NCBI GenBank assembly: GCA_035288865.1
Contig: DATDZA010000016.1
Span: forward strand, 3,945 to 67,944
Length of the DNA: 64,000 nucleotides
Source of the DNA: Candidatus Nanoarchaeia archaeon
Lineage (GTDB): Archaea > Nanobdellota > Nanobdellia > Woesearchaeales > GW2011-AR4
Reading direction: 5' to 3'
The translations under genes and the position numbers were made by a program. Numbering within the stretch: position 1 is the first letter of the stretch; each line of letters opens with the position of its first letter. Below the pieces are notes generated by a model. The model saw nothing but the letters and a program-made list of their open reading frames with translations. It made no database searches and was not told where the DNA came from. Of this stretch, positions 52,304 to 63,102 are shown in pieces.

Positions 52304-54838
52304 TTATTTATGATTTATTTTTTCCTTATACTCCTTCAGTTCACTTAAAAATCTCACAATAGTCTTCACAACATGCTCAGGCTGCGTTTTTAGAATTTCA
52401 CTAATTTTATCAAGAACATTTCCATTAAATGTTTCGGCTGATTTTAATTCCAACGCATTAATATCAATCTCTTTTTTCTTTTCAACCGCTTTTTTTGCTA
52501 ATTTCCATTTGTCAAATAATTCTTTAACTCGCGCTGGCAACTGGTTTATTTCAACATCTAGCAATCTTGCAGACTCTTCGAGAATTTTTATCTCTTTAAT
52601 TCCTTCTTTTTGAGCTGCATCACCTGCTGTAAAGTATAGTCTTACAACTCCGTCCGAAATTTTTGTTACTTTCAGAATCTTAATGTGGCCCGCCTCAAGT
52701 GTATTATGCAAATGAGTTCCACCGCACGCCTCTACATCAACTCCTTCAATATTTACAATCCTAAGAATTTTTCCCGGAACCGCTCCGCCCTGATAAATGT
52801 TCATCCCGTAAGTCTGCTCAGCTTCCGTCCTAGGTAAAAAACTGCTGTGTACGGTAATCCCTTCTTTCACAAGGCGATTTGCTTCTTTCTCAATCTGCTG
52901 CAATTCCTCTTCTGTAATATTTTGATAGTGCGTTAAGTCAATTGTTGCCTTGTCAATATCTTTTCTGGCGCCGGCCTGATTAATATGATTTCCAAGAACT
53001 TTCCTTGCAGCAGCATTTACAATATGCGTCGCGGTATGATGCTTTGCCAATTGAATTCTTCTCTGCAATTCAATCTCGCCGTGAACTTTGTCACCAACTT
53101 TAAAATTTGGATTCTCATTTAAAACATGAACAACAATTTTTCCCTGCTTGAAAACATCAACAACATCAAACTCGTTTATTTTTCCCAAATCGTGCAATTG
53201 CCCTCCGCTCGTCGGGTAGAAATAAGTTTCCTCCAGAATAACTTTATTGTCTATCGATTTCAAAACTTTCGCATCGAACTCAGATTTTTTATAATCTTCG
53301 AAGTAAGGCGTCCTTGTGTCAGGAATTCCTTCCAAGTCAAGTTTTTCCTCCCGCTTCGTTGCATGTTCCTGCTCTTGTTTTTCGTGCAGCTCGGCAACTC
53401 TCGCATAGAAGTTATCCGGAACATTAATTTTTTTTCCTAATTTTAATGATTCTCCTTTGACAACTTCAGGCGTTATACCGTAGCTGTCATACAAAATTAA
53501 CAATCTTTTTTCATCAATATCCTCGATCATTAATTTTGAAATTATTGAATGTGTTTTTTCTTTTGTTGCCTCATACTTCATTCTCTCGACTTCAAGTATT
53601 TTTTCAACTTCATCAAGATTCTCACTTAATTCCGGAAATAATGGCTTAAGATATTCAGCGTGCCATCTGCAGACATCCGGCAAATAAATGTCCCATTTGT
53701 ACTTGTCAATAAATGAAAGCGCTCTTCGAAGAATAACCCTAAGATTGTATCCGCCGCCGACATTTGAAGGCAGAGCGCCGTCGCTTAAGGCAATAAGCAA
53801 TGCCCTCGAGTGCTCTGCAATTGAATATAACGCGGCCAAATCAAGAATATTTTTTCTTAACTCCTCCACTTCATAACCGGTTTTTTTCGCAACTTCATTC
53901 CACACTTGGTTAATATCATCAACTTCATCCACGTTTAAATAAGAAGAATATGGCAGAAATTTCTGCATCATCTTTTCATCAACTTTGATTCCTGCAATCG
54001 AATAAAGTTTTTTTGTGACTGTTGGAAAAGTGGTTTCGTAGCTTGTTGATTTCCCTTGAGTAAACCATGCATTTCTCTCATGCCCCATCCCCATATCAAG
54101 GACTTTCAAATTCAATTCTTTATTTCCAGAAGGAGTCTGCTCATACATCATATAAACCTGGTTTCCAAGCTCTAATCCCCTCGAGAAGTATTCCATGCAC
54201 GGCCCGAAATTTCCTCCTCCGGCCCAGGCATCCTCATGATATTTTATATCTTCATATGGAAGTCCTAAGCCTTGCTTTAGCCAGTTATGAATATCTGTAA
54301 AATATTTTGCCTGATTCCAGTCTTTTGGCTTCATAAAAGCATGCTGCCCTATCATCACAAAGCAGCAATAATGGGAACCAGTTATGCCAACGTTATCTAT
54401 GTCGTTAAAGCGCAAAACAGGCTGCGGCACAACAAGGGGATTTGCAGGCGGCTCAACTTCTCCAGAAACAACATAAGGCTGAAAATCATAAATAGAAGCC
54501 TGCACGAAATCAGTATCTTCCCGCCATCTCGCAACAACCGGGTATCTTTTTATGGGCGTGTAGCCCCATTTCTTAAACAAGCTCGAAAATTCTTTCCACA
54601 GTCCAATATAATCCAATTTTTTTTTTGCTGGAGTATTTCCAATGAACTGGAATCCGCCAGAACATGCAGGATTGCCGCAGAAATTATCATCAGTTACAGA
54701 CCAGTAATAAATCCCGCATTTAGCACAATGCTTTCTGGAAAATCCTTCGGCTTTCAAAACCGAAGTGGCATAATATTTATCTGGCTCTTTGGATGCTTTA
54801 ATCTTGAATTCTTTTTTAATTTCTTTGTCAGTCGGCAT
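52304..54838 (-). CDS. alaS: Alanyl-tRNA synthetase, archaeal type
   Basis: 844 aa. N-terminal KYYATSVLKAEGFSRKHCAKCG, the editing-domain motif HHTATHIV and the zinc motif ACGGTH. Confidence 0.92.
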   Translation of the reverse strand: MPTDKEIKKEFKIKASKEPDKYYATSVLKAEGFSRKHCAKCGIYYWSVTDDNFCGNPACSGGFQFIGNTPAKKKLDYIGLWKEFSSLFKKWGYTPIKRYPVVARWREDTDFVQASIYDFQPYVVSGEVEPPANPLVVPQPVLRFNDIDNVGITGSHYCCFVMIGQHAFMKPKDWNQAKYFTDIHNWLKQGLGLPYEDIKYHEDAWAGGGNFGPCMEYFSRGLELGNQVYMMYEQTPSGNKELNLKVLDMGMGHERNAWFTQGKSTSYETTFPTVTKKLYSIAGIKVDEKMMQKFLPYSSYLNVDEVDDINQVWNEVAKKTGYEVEELRKNILDLAALYSIAEHSRALLIALSDGALPSNVGGGYNLRVILRRALSFIDKYKWDIYLPDVCRWHAEYLKPLFPELSENLDEVEKILEVERMKYEATKEKTHSIISKLMIEDIDEKRLLILYDSYGITPEVVKGESLKLGKKINVPDNFYARVAELHEKQEQEHATKREEKLDLEGIPDTRTPYFEDYKKSEFDAKVLKSIDNKVILEETYFYPTSGGQLHDLGKINEFDVVDVFKQGKIVVHVLNENPNFKVGDKVHGEIELQRRIQLAKHHTATHIVNAAARKVLGNHINQAGARKDIDKATIDLTHYQNITEEELQQIEKEANRLVKEGITVHSSFLPRTEAEQTYGMNIYQGGAVPGKILRIVNIEGVDVEACGGTHLHNTLEAGHIKILKVTKISDGVVRLYFTAGDAAQKEGIKEIKILEESARLLDVEINQLPARVKELFDKWKLAKKAVEKKKEIDINALELKSAETFNGNVLDKISEILKTQPEHVVKTIVRFLSELKEYKEKINHK

Positions 54839-55023
54839 ATTGGCAATAAGTTTTTAAGTTTATTAAAAAGTTATTGTTTTTAATCTAAATCAAAAGCTAT
54901 TTATAGGGAACTTTCAACGGGCATTGATTATTGTTATTTTAACTCAAAATTATCTCTGAGAATTTTGACAATGTTTATATATTTCAAAATTCTTTGCATT
55001 AATAATTCCATTAACAATAAAAG

Positions 55024-56256
55024 ATGACAAACCCGCTTTTCGTTATACTACTGGCTTTGATAGTTGCTTTTTTCCTGTCAGAAATATTCAGATATTTTAA
55101 TCTTCCTAGAGTTATAGGTCAGATTCTTGCAGGAATTATTCTGGGGTTGCCCATGATAAGACCTTATCTTTTCACAGTTGAAGTCTATTCCCAATTCACA
55201 TTTTTAACGAATATGGGGATATTGCTCTTGTTCTTTTTTATAGGCCTCGAGATAAGCCCCAAAGAGTTCAAGAAAAATTTCAAAGAGTCTGCATTAATAT
55301 CTGTTTTTAATACTCTGATTCCGCTCTTAGCAGGATTCTTCGCAGGCCGCTTTGTTTTTGGCCTAAGCCCAATGGCTTCTTTGATCATCGGAATTTCTCT
55401 TTCAGTCAGTTCACAGGCAATCTCGCTCGATATTCTGGAAGAATTAAAATTAATCAAAAGTAAAATCGGGAATCTAATAGTTTCAGCTGGCACAGTTGAT
55501 GATGTTTTTGAGCTATTGCTCGTCAGTTTTTTGCTTGTTGCTTTTCACTCGGCAGCTCTCGGACAATCCAGTTTTCAAAAATTGGCAATTGACATATTCG
55601 GATTTGTTTTGATAGTTATAATCTTTAGGTTTTCCTTAATCCCTATTGCGTTGAGGATTTTTGAGAGGGAAAAATCAAAATCAACATTATTTATGGGGGC
55701 TTTGATTATTGTCTTGTTGATGGCTTACGTTTCGGAACTTCTAGGGGTTGGTTCATTAATAGGGGCCTTGATTGCCGGAATTCTGGTGCGGCAGACCCTT
55801 CTTAATGAAATTGACAGAAAGCCATGGAGAATGAATGAAATTTCTCATTCAATCCACATAATTGCTTTTGGATTCCTGATTCCGATTTTTTTCGTTAATG
55901 TCGGGTTAAAGACAGATTTTAGTTCTGTGTCTTCAAACATTCCGCTAATTCTTGCATTATTGTTTATTGATATTTTTGGCACAGTTCTTGGAACAATAAT
56001 TGGTGTCATACTCAGCAAAGGAACATTCAGGGAAGGATTAACGGTCGGCTTTGGAGTCGTGCCAAAAGGAGACACAGAGCTTGCAATTGCAACTCTTGCC
56101 TTAAATGCTGGAATTATAAGCATTGGTGTTTTCACGGCGATAATTTCAGTTGATTTGATAGCGACCTTTATCGCGCCAATAGTGTTCAAGTTTTTGGTAA
56201 AGAAGTACAGCACAAGCAAAATAAAAATTATTCCAAAACAAAGATGGTCAGTTTGA
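55024..56256 (+). CDS. Cation:proton antiporter (CPA2/Kef-type)
   Basis: 410-aa polytopic protein. The N-terminus PRVIGQILAGIILGP is typical of the Na_H_exchanger family. Confidence 0.8.
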   Translation: MTNPLFVILLALIVAFFLSEIFRYFNLPRVIGQILAGIILGLPMIRPYLFTVEVYSQFTFLTNMGILLLFFFIGLEISPKEFKKNFKESALISVFNTLIPLLAGFFAGRFVFGLSPMASLIIGISLSVSSQAISLDILEELKLIKSKIGNLIVSAGTVDDVFELLLVSFLLVAFHSAALGQSSFQKLAIDIFGFVLIVIIFRFSLIPIALRIFEREKSKSTLFMGALIIVLLMAYVSELLGVGSLIGALIAGILVRQTLLNEIDRKPWRMNEISHSIHIIAFGFLIPIFFVNVGLKTDFSSVSSNIPLILALLFIDIFGTVLGTIIGVILSKGTFREGLTVGFGVVPKGDTELAIATLALNAGIISIGVFTAIISVDLIATFIAPIVFKFLVKKYSTSKIKIIPKQRWSV

Positions 56257-56259
56257 TTG

Positions 56260-56541
56260 TTAAGTTATTTTCTTGTAGACTAAATCATTTTGCCTTACAG
56301 GCTTTTCCGTCTTTATCCCGATAGTCTGGCCAGGCTCTGCAATTTCAATCTGTTCATAGTCTATTTCAATTGAAGTTATCTTCTGAATAAAATCACTTGT
56401 ATTGCCTTTTATTTTTATCTCGTCGCCAATTTTCACGCTGCCATCTATAATTTCTATTATTGCAACTCCTATTTTAGGGAAATAGTGAGTTACTTTTCCT
56501 ATTTGCATTTCTTCTGGTTCTTCCACAAAAAACGGCCTCAA
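56260..56541 (-). CDS. Small EF-Tu domain-2-like beta-barrel protein
   Basis: 93 aa. IGKVTHYFPKIGVAIIEI..GDEIKIKG resembles the translation-factor domain II fold. Confidence 0.4.
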   Translation of the reverse strand: MRPFFVEEPEEMQIGKVTHYFPKIGVAIIEIIDGSVKIGDEIKIKGNTSDFIQKITSIEIDYEQIEIAEPGQTIGIKTEKPVRQNDLVYKKIT

Positions 56542-56640
56542 TCATAATTTAAATAATAAGGTATTTAAGATTAGCGATGTGTATTGCAATTTCCGAAAAC
56601 TTTATATTGAATTTCCAAATATCTGATAAGCAGATGGCAA

Positions 56641-57513
56641 ATGCAAAAAGGAACTTTTATTCTTAAGAAAGGATTGGCTGAAATGCTGAAAGGCGGGGTC
56701 ATAATGGACGTTGTGAATGCAGAACACGCAAAAATTGCGGAGAAGTCGGGTGCTGTTGCAGTCATGGCCTTGGAAAGGGTCCCTTCTGACATCAGAAAAG
56801 AAGGTGGAGTTGCAAGAATGGCAGACCCGCACAAGATTAAAGAAATTATGGATGCTGTCACAATTCCTGTAATGGCAAAATGCCGCATTGGCCACATTGC
56901 AGAAGCGCGTGTTTTAGAATCCCTGGGAGTAGATTATATAGACGAGTCGGAAGTCCTTACGCCAGCGGATGAAAAACACATAAACAAAAATGAATTCAAA
57001 GTCCCATTTGTATGCGGATGTAGAAATTTAGGCGAAGCCCTAAGAAGGATAACTGAAGGTGCTGCAATGATAAGGACCAAGGGAGAAGCAGGGACAGGAA
57101 ATATTATAGAAGCGGTAAAGCATATTAGGTGCGTGAATGAAGAAATTAAAGTTTTGCAGTCAATGAATAAAAAGCAACTGGATGAAAAAGCTAAGGAATA
57201 TAAGGCACCCTTTGATTTGTTAATCCAAATAAAAAATCTAAAAAGACTGCCGGTTGTAAATTTCGCGGCTGGTGGAATTGCAACACCAGCAGATGCCGCC
57301 TTGATGATGCTTCTTGGATGCGACGGAATTTTTGTGGGATCGGGAATTTTCAAGAGCCAGAATCCCGGCAAAACAGCAAACGCAATTGTTAAGGCAACAG
57401 CGCATTTCAACAAACCGGAAATTATTGCTAAAGTTTCTGAGGGCCTTGGAGATGCGATGAATGGTATAAGCATCGAGGAATTTGGCACCATGTTCCAGGA
57501 TAGGGGGAATTAG
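56641..57513 (+). CDS. pdxS: Pyridoxal 5'-phosphate synthase, lyase subunit
   Basis: Motifs [29 protein letters not shown] and GEAGTGN. Confidence 0.95.
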   Translation: MQKGTFILKKGLAEMLKGGVIMDVVNAEHAKIAEKSGAVAVMALERVPSDIRKEGGVARMADPHKIKEIMDAVTIPVMAKCRIGHIAEARVLESLGVDYIDESEVLTPADEKHINKNEFKVPFVCGCRNLGEALRRITEGAAMIRTKGEAGTGNIIEAVKHIRCVNEEIKVLQSMNKKQLDEKAKEYKAPFDLLIQIKNLKRLPVVNFAAGGIATPADAALMMLLGCDGIFVGSGIFKSQNPGKTANAIVKATAHFNKPEIIAKVSEGLGDAMNGISIEEFGTMFQDRGN

Positions 57514-57520
57514 AATTGCT

Positions 57521-58093
57521 ATGGCAAAAATCGGAGTCCTTGCCCTGCAAGGGGATTTTAAAGAGCACATAGATATGCTGAAAAATTGCAAAGTCGCTGC
57601 AGAAGAAGTGAGGTTGCCACGCGACTTGCAGAATATTGACGGCCTGATTATTCCGGGAGGCGAAAGCACAACAATCGGAAAATTGATGTGTCAAAATAAA
57701 CTCGATCAGGAAATAATAAAAAAACACAATCAAGGGATGGCTATCTATGGGACATGCGCAGGCGCAATTTTGTTGTCAAAAAGTATTTCAGGCAGCAGTC
57801 AGCCCAGGCTGAATTTACTGGATATTTCCGTTGTGAGAAATGAATATGGGCGCCAAATTGACAGTTTTGAGACAGAGCTTGATATAGACAAAATAGGAAA
57901 ATTCAAAGGCATTTTCATACGAGCTCCTGTTATTGGCAAGACAGGCAAGAAAATTAAAATATTATCAAGATTAAGAAACAATCCCGTGTTCATACAGCAG
58001 GATAACATTATAGCTTCAACTTTTCATCCTGAATTAACTGACGATAACAGAATTCACAATTATTTCCTTGAAATTGTAAGGAGATCTTTATAG
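57521..58093 (+). CDS. pdxT: Pyridoxal 5'-phosphate synthase, glutaminase subunit
   Basis: Motifs [29 protein letters not shown] and FHPE. Confidence 0.92.
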   Translation: MAKIGVLALQGDFKEHIDMLKNCKVAAEEVRLPRDLQNIDGLIIPGGESTTIGKLMCQNKLDQEIIKKHNQGMAIYGTCAGAILLSKSISGSSQPRLNLLDISVVRNEYGRQIDSFETELDIDKIGKFKGIFIRAPVIGKTGKKIKILSRLRNNPVFIQQDNIIASTFHPELTDDNRIHNYFLEIVRRSL

Positions 58094-59023
58094 CAATTTT
58101 TTCGTTTCGTCAACTAATTTCTTAATCTGATCAACTGATTTTGTAAACATTTCTCTTTCTTCAAAAGTCAGTTTCAATTCAATTATTTTCTCGACTCCAT
58201 TTCTTCCCAATATGGCCGGCACTCCGACAAAATATCCACCGACACCATACTCGGAGTCGCAGTAAACAGCGCACGGTAAAATTCTTTTCTTGTCTTTCAG
58301 GATTGATTCCGCCATTTCGGCCACAGCAGCGCTTGGTGCATAATAAGCAGAGCCTGTTTTCAATAAATTCACAATCTCCGCTCCACCGTCTCTTGTTCTT
58401 TTGACAAGCTCTCCTATTTTTTCTTTTTCCATTAATTCTGTTATTGGGATTCCATTTACTGTTGAATACCTCGGCAAAGGAACCATTGTGTCTCCATGCC
58501 CCCCTAAAACTATTGCATCAACGTCCTTGACGGAAACATCAAGCTCTTTTGCAATAAAAGTTCTGAATCTTGTTGAATCAAGGACTCCAGCCATTCCGAT
58601 AATTTTATTCTTTGGAAAGTTTGTAACTTTAGCTGCAACATAGACCATAGCATCAAGGGGATTTGTCACGATAATTAATATAGCATTTGGAGAATATTTT
58701 GCAATATTTTCAGAAACTTCTTTTACAATTTTTGTATTAATTGAAATTAAATCCTCTCTTGACATGCCCGGTTTCCTTGCAATTCCAGATGTGATAACAA
58801 CAATGTCAGAATTTTTTGTATCTTCGTAGCTGTTTGTTCCTTTGATATCAACATCAAATCCACCGATAGGAGCTGACTGCAATAAATCAAGAGCTTTCCC
58901 TTGCGGCATTCCTTCAACAATGTCAATAAGAACAACATCTCCGAGTTCTTTGGAAGTTATCCAATGCGCTGCAGTTGCTCCGACATTTCCGGCTCCGATT
59001 ATTGAGATTTTTGGACGAGGCAT
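58088..59023 (-). CDS. mdh: Malate dehydrogenase (LDH-like MDH family)
   Basis: Motifs [34 protein letters not shown] and GGHGDTMVP. Confidence 0.9.
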   Translation of the reverse strand: MPRPKISIIGAGNVGATAAHWITSKELGDVVLIDIVEGMPQGKALDLLQSAPIGGFDVDIKGTNSYEDTKNSDIVVITSGIARKPGMSREDLISINTKIVKEVSENIAKYSPNAILIIVTNPLDAMVYVAAKVTNFPKNKIIGMAGVLDSTRFRTFIAKELDVSVKDVDAIVLGGHGDTMVPLPRYSTVNGIPITELMEKEKIGELVKRTRDGGAEIVNLLKTGSAYYAPSAAVAEMAESILKDKKRILPCAVYCDSEYGVGGYFVGVPAILGRNGVEKIIELKLTFEEREMFTKSVDQIKKLVDETKKLL

Positions 59024-59069
59024 TTTATGTTGGTATTGATAATTGTTTTTTAAAGCTGTTGATTCGATG

Positions 59070-59324
59070 TCAATTGAAATATTTAATCCATATCTTCTTG
59101 AAAAAAGGCATAGTCAGAGTCGACAGCATAAAAGCAAAAGCAGGAACAATTGCATTCAGCCATGGTTTTTCAATATTTATGGACCGAAGATAAAACCCAA
59201 TTGCAAGATAAGTGAACAATGTCAATAAGCCCCGCCTGGTAAAGCTTGTTTCCCATTTTTTATCCAACTCCACTTTTTTGTTTCTGTATTCAATATTTTT
59301 AATTTTCCGCTCAATTGATTTCAT
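59070..59324 (-). CDS. Small two-TM membrane protein (hypothetical)
   Basis: 84-aa ORF whose start overlaps the upstream stop by 4 nt. Confidence 0.4.
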   Translation of the reverse strand: MKSIERKIKNIEYRNKKVELDKKWETSFTRRGLLTLFTYLAIGFYLRSINIEKPWLNAIVPAFAFMLSTLTMPFFKKIWIKYFN

Positions 59325-59827
59325 TTGACACCCTTAATGCTTTCAAAATATCCCGTCGTCAAATTCTTTTTAACACTTTTCCAACTAAATATTTTTCCAT
59401 TCATTGCAATATAAACTCCCGGGGGCAAAAGCTTTACAGAAGAAAACGCAAATCCAATATTAAATAATGCATCGGACTTTTGATTAGCTGCTGGAATAGC
59501 AGAGCCAGTTAATACAATTGTCTTTTTTATTTTTGATTTGCCCAAAAGTATTGCAGTTTCCGGCATTGTCGCAGTTCCATGAGTAATAATTATTTTGCCT
59601 TCTCTAGATTTTTTACATTTACTAAGAATAAATTTTCCGTCTTCATTATTTACAAATTTGCTGTCTTTCATCATTAGCACTTCGGCACTATAAGCACTAG
59701 ACAGCCGCGCCTGCTTAAGTAATTCTGGAATTATTGATTTAATATTTGTAGGAGCTTTTTCTTCCGCATCATATTCCAGATTTTCAATTGTCCCCCCGGT
59801 AATAAAAATTTTAATTGTCATTTTCAT
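59321..59827 (-). CDS. Asparaginase-family N-terminal-domain protein (short, 168 aa)
   Basis: Motifs FITGGTIE (the TGGTI motif), ITHGTATM (HGTDT-like) and LTGSAIPA. Confidence 0.6.
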   Translation of the reverse strand: MKMTIKIFITGGTIENLEYDAEEKAPTNIKSIIPELLKQARLSSAYSAEVLMMKDSKFVNNEDGKFILSKCKKSREGKIIITHGTATMPETAILLGKSKIKKTIVLTGSAIPAANQKSDALFNIGFAFSSVKLLPPGVYIAMNGKIFSWKSVKKNLTTGYFESIKGVK

Positions 59828-61284
59828 GTGTGTTGTACTCCTTCCAAAAATTTCTTATAATTTTCGCTCTTCTTTATTTTATCTACTAATTCCAAATCGA
59901 TTTCTTTTGGTTGTGTCATTTCTTCCGGAGATAGTATTTTATTCAAATCATTCTCACCAATAATATTATATTTCAATATAATTTCTTTTATTGTTGAATT
60001 ATCCTTAAGAGATTCTTTTACAATTTTTGAAACAGCCTGATAGCCAAAATAAGGATTTAACGCTGTGGCTATTGCAGTGCTTTTATTCAGCAGTTCCAGG
60101 CATCTTTCTTCGTTTGCCAAAATTCCATCAACACACAATTCCCTAAACATTTTCAAACTGTTAGTCAATAATTTCATCGACTGCAAAATATTATAAGCGA
60201 TAACCGGGCACATGACATTCATCTCAAGAATAGAATAATGTGCAGCTAATTCTACTGTTTTATCTTTGCCCATAACATCATAACAAACCATAATCACGCA
60301 TTCAGGAATGCTTGGGTTTATCTTTCCTGGCATAATTGAGGAGCCAGGCTCGACATCCGGTAAAATGATTTCAGAAAATCCGCCTTTTGGACCGGAGTTC
60401 ATTATGCTTAGATTATTTGAGATTCTAAATAAATTAATAGCCAGCAATTTTAGCGACGACGAAAATGAAACAAAGCAATTGTAATTCTGAGTCAATTCAA
60501 TCATATTATTTGTAGATTTCAAGTTAAGTTTCGTGGCTTCATTTAATTTTTTGACAATTGTCTCGTGAAATTTTGGATGCGTTGTGATTCCGGTTCCTAT
60601 TGCAGTCCCGCCAATTCCAAGCTCTTTTAATTCTTCGCTGGTTTTCAAAATTCTGTCTGTATCCTTTGCGATTGACACTGCGTATGATTCAAATTCCTGA
60701 CCTAAAGTTATTGGAACGGCATCTTCCCAATGTGTTCTTCCCAATTTTAAGATTGATTTAAATTCTTTCGATTTTTTTCTTAATGACAATTCGACTTTTC
60801 TGGATTCTTCGATTAAATTTTTTGATAAGAATAAAATTGCAATTTTTGTTGCCGTTGGGATAACATCATTTGTGCTCTGAGCCATATTTACATGATTATT
60901 TGGATGTATCAAATATTCACCAAGTTTTCCTCCTAGAATTTCTGTTGCCCGATTTGCAATTATTTCATTGCAGTTCATGTTAAATGGAGTTCCAGCCCCT
61001 GCCTGATAGACATCTAAAACAAAGTACTCGTCAAATTTCCCTTGAATAACCTCATCTGCAGCTCCAATAATAGCATTTCCGATTTTTTCATCCAATTGCT
61101 TTAATTCTACATTGGTCATTGCTGCAGCCATTTTAATTGTAGCAAGCGAATCAAGAAATTCCTTATGCGCACGAATTCCGCTTATCTGAAAATTTTTTCT
61201 AGCTCTTTCAGTAAATGCCCCATAATAAGAATCGGCTGGAACTTGAACTTCCCCCATTATATCCCTCTCAATTCTAAATGACAC
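59824..61284 (-). CDS. Aspartate ammonia-lyase / class II fumarase family enzyme (AspA-like)
   Basis: Motifs DVYQAGAGTPFNMN, QSTNDV and the SS loop GSSIMPGKINPSIPE. The NP..PE pattern and DVYQ.GAGT lean toward aspartase. ANRATEILGG leans toward fumarase. Confidence 0.8.
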   Translation of the reverse strand: MSFRIERDIMGEVQVPADSYYGAFTERARKNFQISGIRAHKEFLDSLATIKMAAAMTNVELKQLDEKIGNAIIGAADEVIQGKFDEYFVLDVYQAGAGTPFNMNCNEIIANRATEILGGKLGEYLIHPNNHVNMAQSTNDVIPTATKIAILFLSKNLIEESRKVELSLRKKSKEFKSILKLGRTHWEDAVPITLGQEFESYAVSIAKDTDRILKTSEELKELGIGGTAIGTGITTHPKFHETIVKKLNEATKLNLKSTNNMIELTQNYNCFVSFSSSLKLLAINLFRISNNLSIMNSGPKGGFSEIILPDVEPGSSIMPGKINPSIPECVIMVCYDVMGKDKTVELAAHYSILEMNVMCPVIAYNILQSMKLLTNSLKMFRELCVDGILANEERCLELLNKSTAIATALNPYFGYQAVSKIVKESLKDNSTIKEIILKYNIIGENDLNKILSPEEMTQPKEIDLELVDKIKKSENYKKFLEGVQHT

Positions 61285-61353
61285 TGAACCACCCTCAAGA
61301 ATCAGGATTTATTTGTTGTTTTAATAGGTTTCGGAAATAATAAATTTTTTGGT

Positions 61354-61659
61354 TTATTGATTTTCTAAAGTATTCAACTCGTACTCAGCTTGCATTCTTA
61401 GAACTTCAGGTAGTCTTTCCTTAGAATACGTTGCCAATCTTTCCAAATCATCACGAATGGGTTCTAATGCTTCCCGTAAGTAACTAAAATCTAAAATCCC
61501 AATAAGTTCCAGCATAGACACATGAATTCCTGTTCGTCTTTCGTATCTTCGCATAGCTCTACCCACTTGGCCTGAAGGCAATCTTCGTTCGTTAACTAAT
61601 CCTTTTAATTGATCAAGAAATCTCGTCTTTGCCTCTAAATCACCTTTTAGTTGTTCCAC
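61354..61659 (-). CDS. Hypothetical helical protein
   Basis: 101-aa ORF. No motif recognised. Confidence 0.45.
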   Translation of the reverse strand: MEQLKGDLEAKTRFLDQLKGLVNERRLPSGQVGRAMRRYERRTGIHVSMLELIGILDFSYLREALEPIRDDLERLATYSKERLPEVLRMQAEYELNTLENQ

Positions 61660-61700
61660 TGTTTTTTAAATATTAAATTCATTAATAAATTTTTTGGTTT

Positions 61701-63062
61701 CTACCATTTAATATTATTCACAGCCCTCTGCACAACTTCGCTCAACGCGGGATGGATGTGAACAGAATTCGATATTGAATCTACCGCTAAATTATTTTTC
61801 ATCGCAACAACAATTTCATGTATCAAAGTGGATGCGTCTGTTCCAAGAATATGGCACCCAATAATTTTTCTCGTTTTCCTGTCGGCAAAAATCTTAACAA
61901 AACCATCATTGTCTTGAAGTGCCTGCCCCATTCCAGATTTGCTATAATAATATTTTCCTGCTGCGTAATTTATTTTTTTATTTTTCAAGTCCTGCTCCCG
62001 CAACCCGACTCCAGCAATCTGCGGAGAAGAAAAAATCGCGTGCGGCATTGCATGATAATCAGCTGCAATTCTTTTTCCAAGAACGGCATTGCTATAAACA
62101 TATTGCGCTTCGAGATTTGCGCTGTGCTTGAATAAAAATTTTCCGGCAATATCACCCAAAGCCCATATGTTTTTTGCAGTTGTTTCAAGATATTGGTTTG
62201 TTTTGATAAAACCTTTTTCGCTTAAGCTGACATTAGTTTTGGAAACATCTAAAATATCTGTATTAGGAATCCTTCCGGCCGCAACTAGAAGAACATCAGA
62301 AATAATTTTTTTCTTTCCCTTTTTGCCTTCCGCTTTCACAACTATATTTTTTCCTTTTTTAGAAACTTTAGTGGCATCAAATTCTGTTATAATCTTAAAT
62401 TTTTTGGAAAAAATCTCAGTAAATTTTTTTGATATTTCCTCGTCTTCATTCGGAACCAAATATTTTCCTCTTTGAACGATATTTATTTCGGTTCCTAAAG
62501 AGCCGTAAAAATGCGCTAATTCTGCTGCAATATACCCTCCCCCGAGAATTGTCATGCATTTCGGCAGTTTCTTTAGCCGCAAAGCCTCATCACTTGTTAT
62601 GAAATCAACATCTTTCAGACCCTCAATTTTGGGAATTAAAGGCCTTGTCCCGGCTGCAATTATTATTTTTTTTCCTTTTATTATTTCTTTCCCGGCTTTA
62701 AGTGTCCTGTCACTAACAAATTTCGCTTCGAGATTAAACAAAGTGGTATTTTTATCCTCAATTATCGCATCTTTTATTTCTTTGGATTCTTTATCAACAA
62801 TTTTTGAAGCTCTTGAAATTATTTTCTTGAAATCAATTGAAGTCAGTTTGGAATTTATTCCAAATTTGTGTGAGCTTCTTATTGCCTCCGCAACATCGGC
62901 GCTGTGAATGATTATTTTTGACGGAATGCAGCCCCTGTTAAGGCATGTTCCCCCCATCGGTCCTTTTTCAACAACAGCAACTTTCAGACCTTTTTCAGCA
63001 GCAGCGGAAGAGATGTTCAATCCAGAACCAGCGCCAATTACAATCAAGTCAAAAGTTTGCAT
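61701..63062 (-). CDS. Class I pyridine nucleotide-disulfide oxidoreductase (dihydrolipoyl dehydrogenase-like)
   Basis: Motifs IVIGAGSG, the redox disulfide GGTCLNRGCIPSK, and the C-terminal HIHPALSE interface motif. Confidence 0.82.
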   Translation of the reverse strand: MQTFDLIVIGAGSGLNISSAAAEKGLKVAVVEKGPMGGTCLNRGCIPSKIIIHSADVAEAIRSSHKFGINSKLTSIDFKKIISRASKIVDKESKEIKDAIIEDKNTTLFNLEAKFVSDRTLKAGKEIIKGKKIIIAAGTRPLIPKIEGLKDVDFITSDEALRLKKLPKCMTILGGGYIAAELAHFYGSLGTEINIVQRGKYLVPNEDEEISKKFTEIFSKKFKIITEFDATKVSKKGKNIVVKAEGKKGKKKIISDVLLVAAGRIPNTDILDVSKTNVSLSEKGFIKTNQYLETTAKNIWALGDIAGKFLFKHSANLEAQYVYSNAVLGKRIAADYHAMPHAIFSSPQIAGVGLREQDLKNKKINYAAGKYYYSKSGMGQALQDNDGFVKIFADRKTRKIIGCHILGTDASTLIHEIVVAMKNNLAVDSISNSVHIHPALSEVVQRAVNNIKW

Positions 63063-63102
63063 ATTTATTTTTTATTGTAAGAATTATTTAAATATGTCGA
63101 AT

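Noticed and set aside
52169-52310. Open frame with no start codon after the 145-aa ORF (..NQGEIVFPGSPARKTEQVVRGVGRGQNINHAIHSAYINAFYL), sharing the 11-mer AACCAAGGTGA with 51185
   Set aside because: It has no start codon in frame and overlaps the alaS stop region. The 11-nt match is too short to call a repeat. It may be a gene remnant, but the evidence is insufficient.
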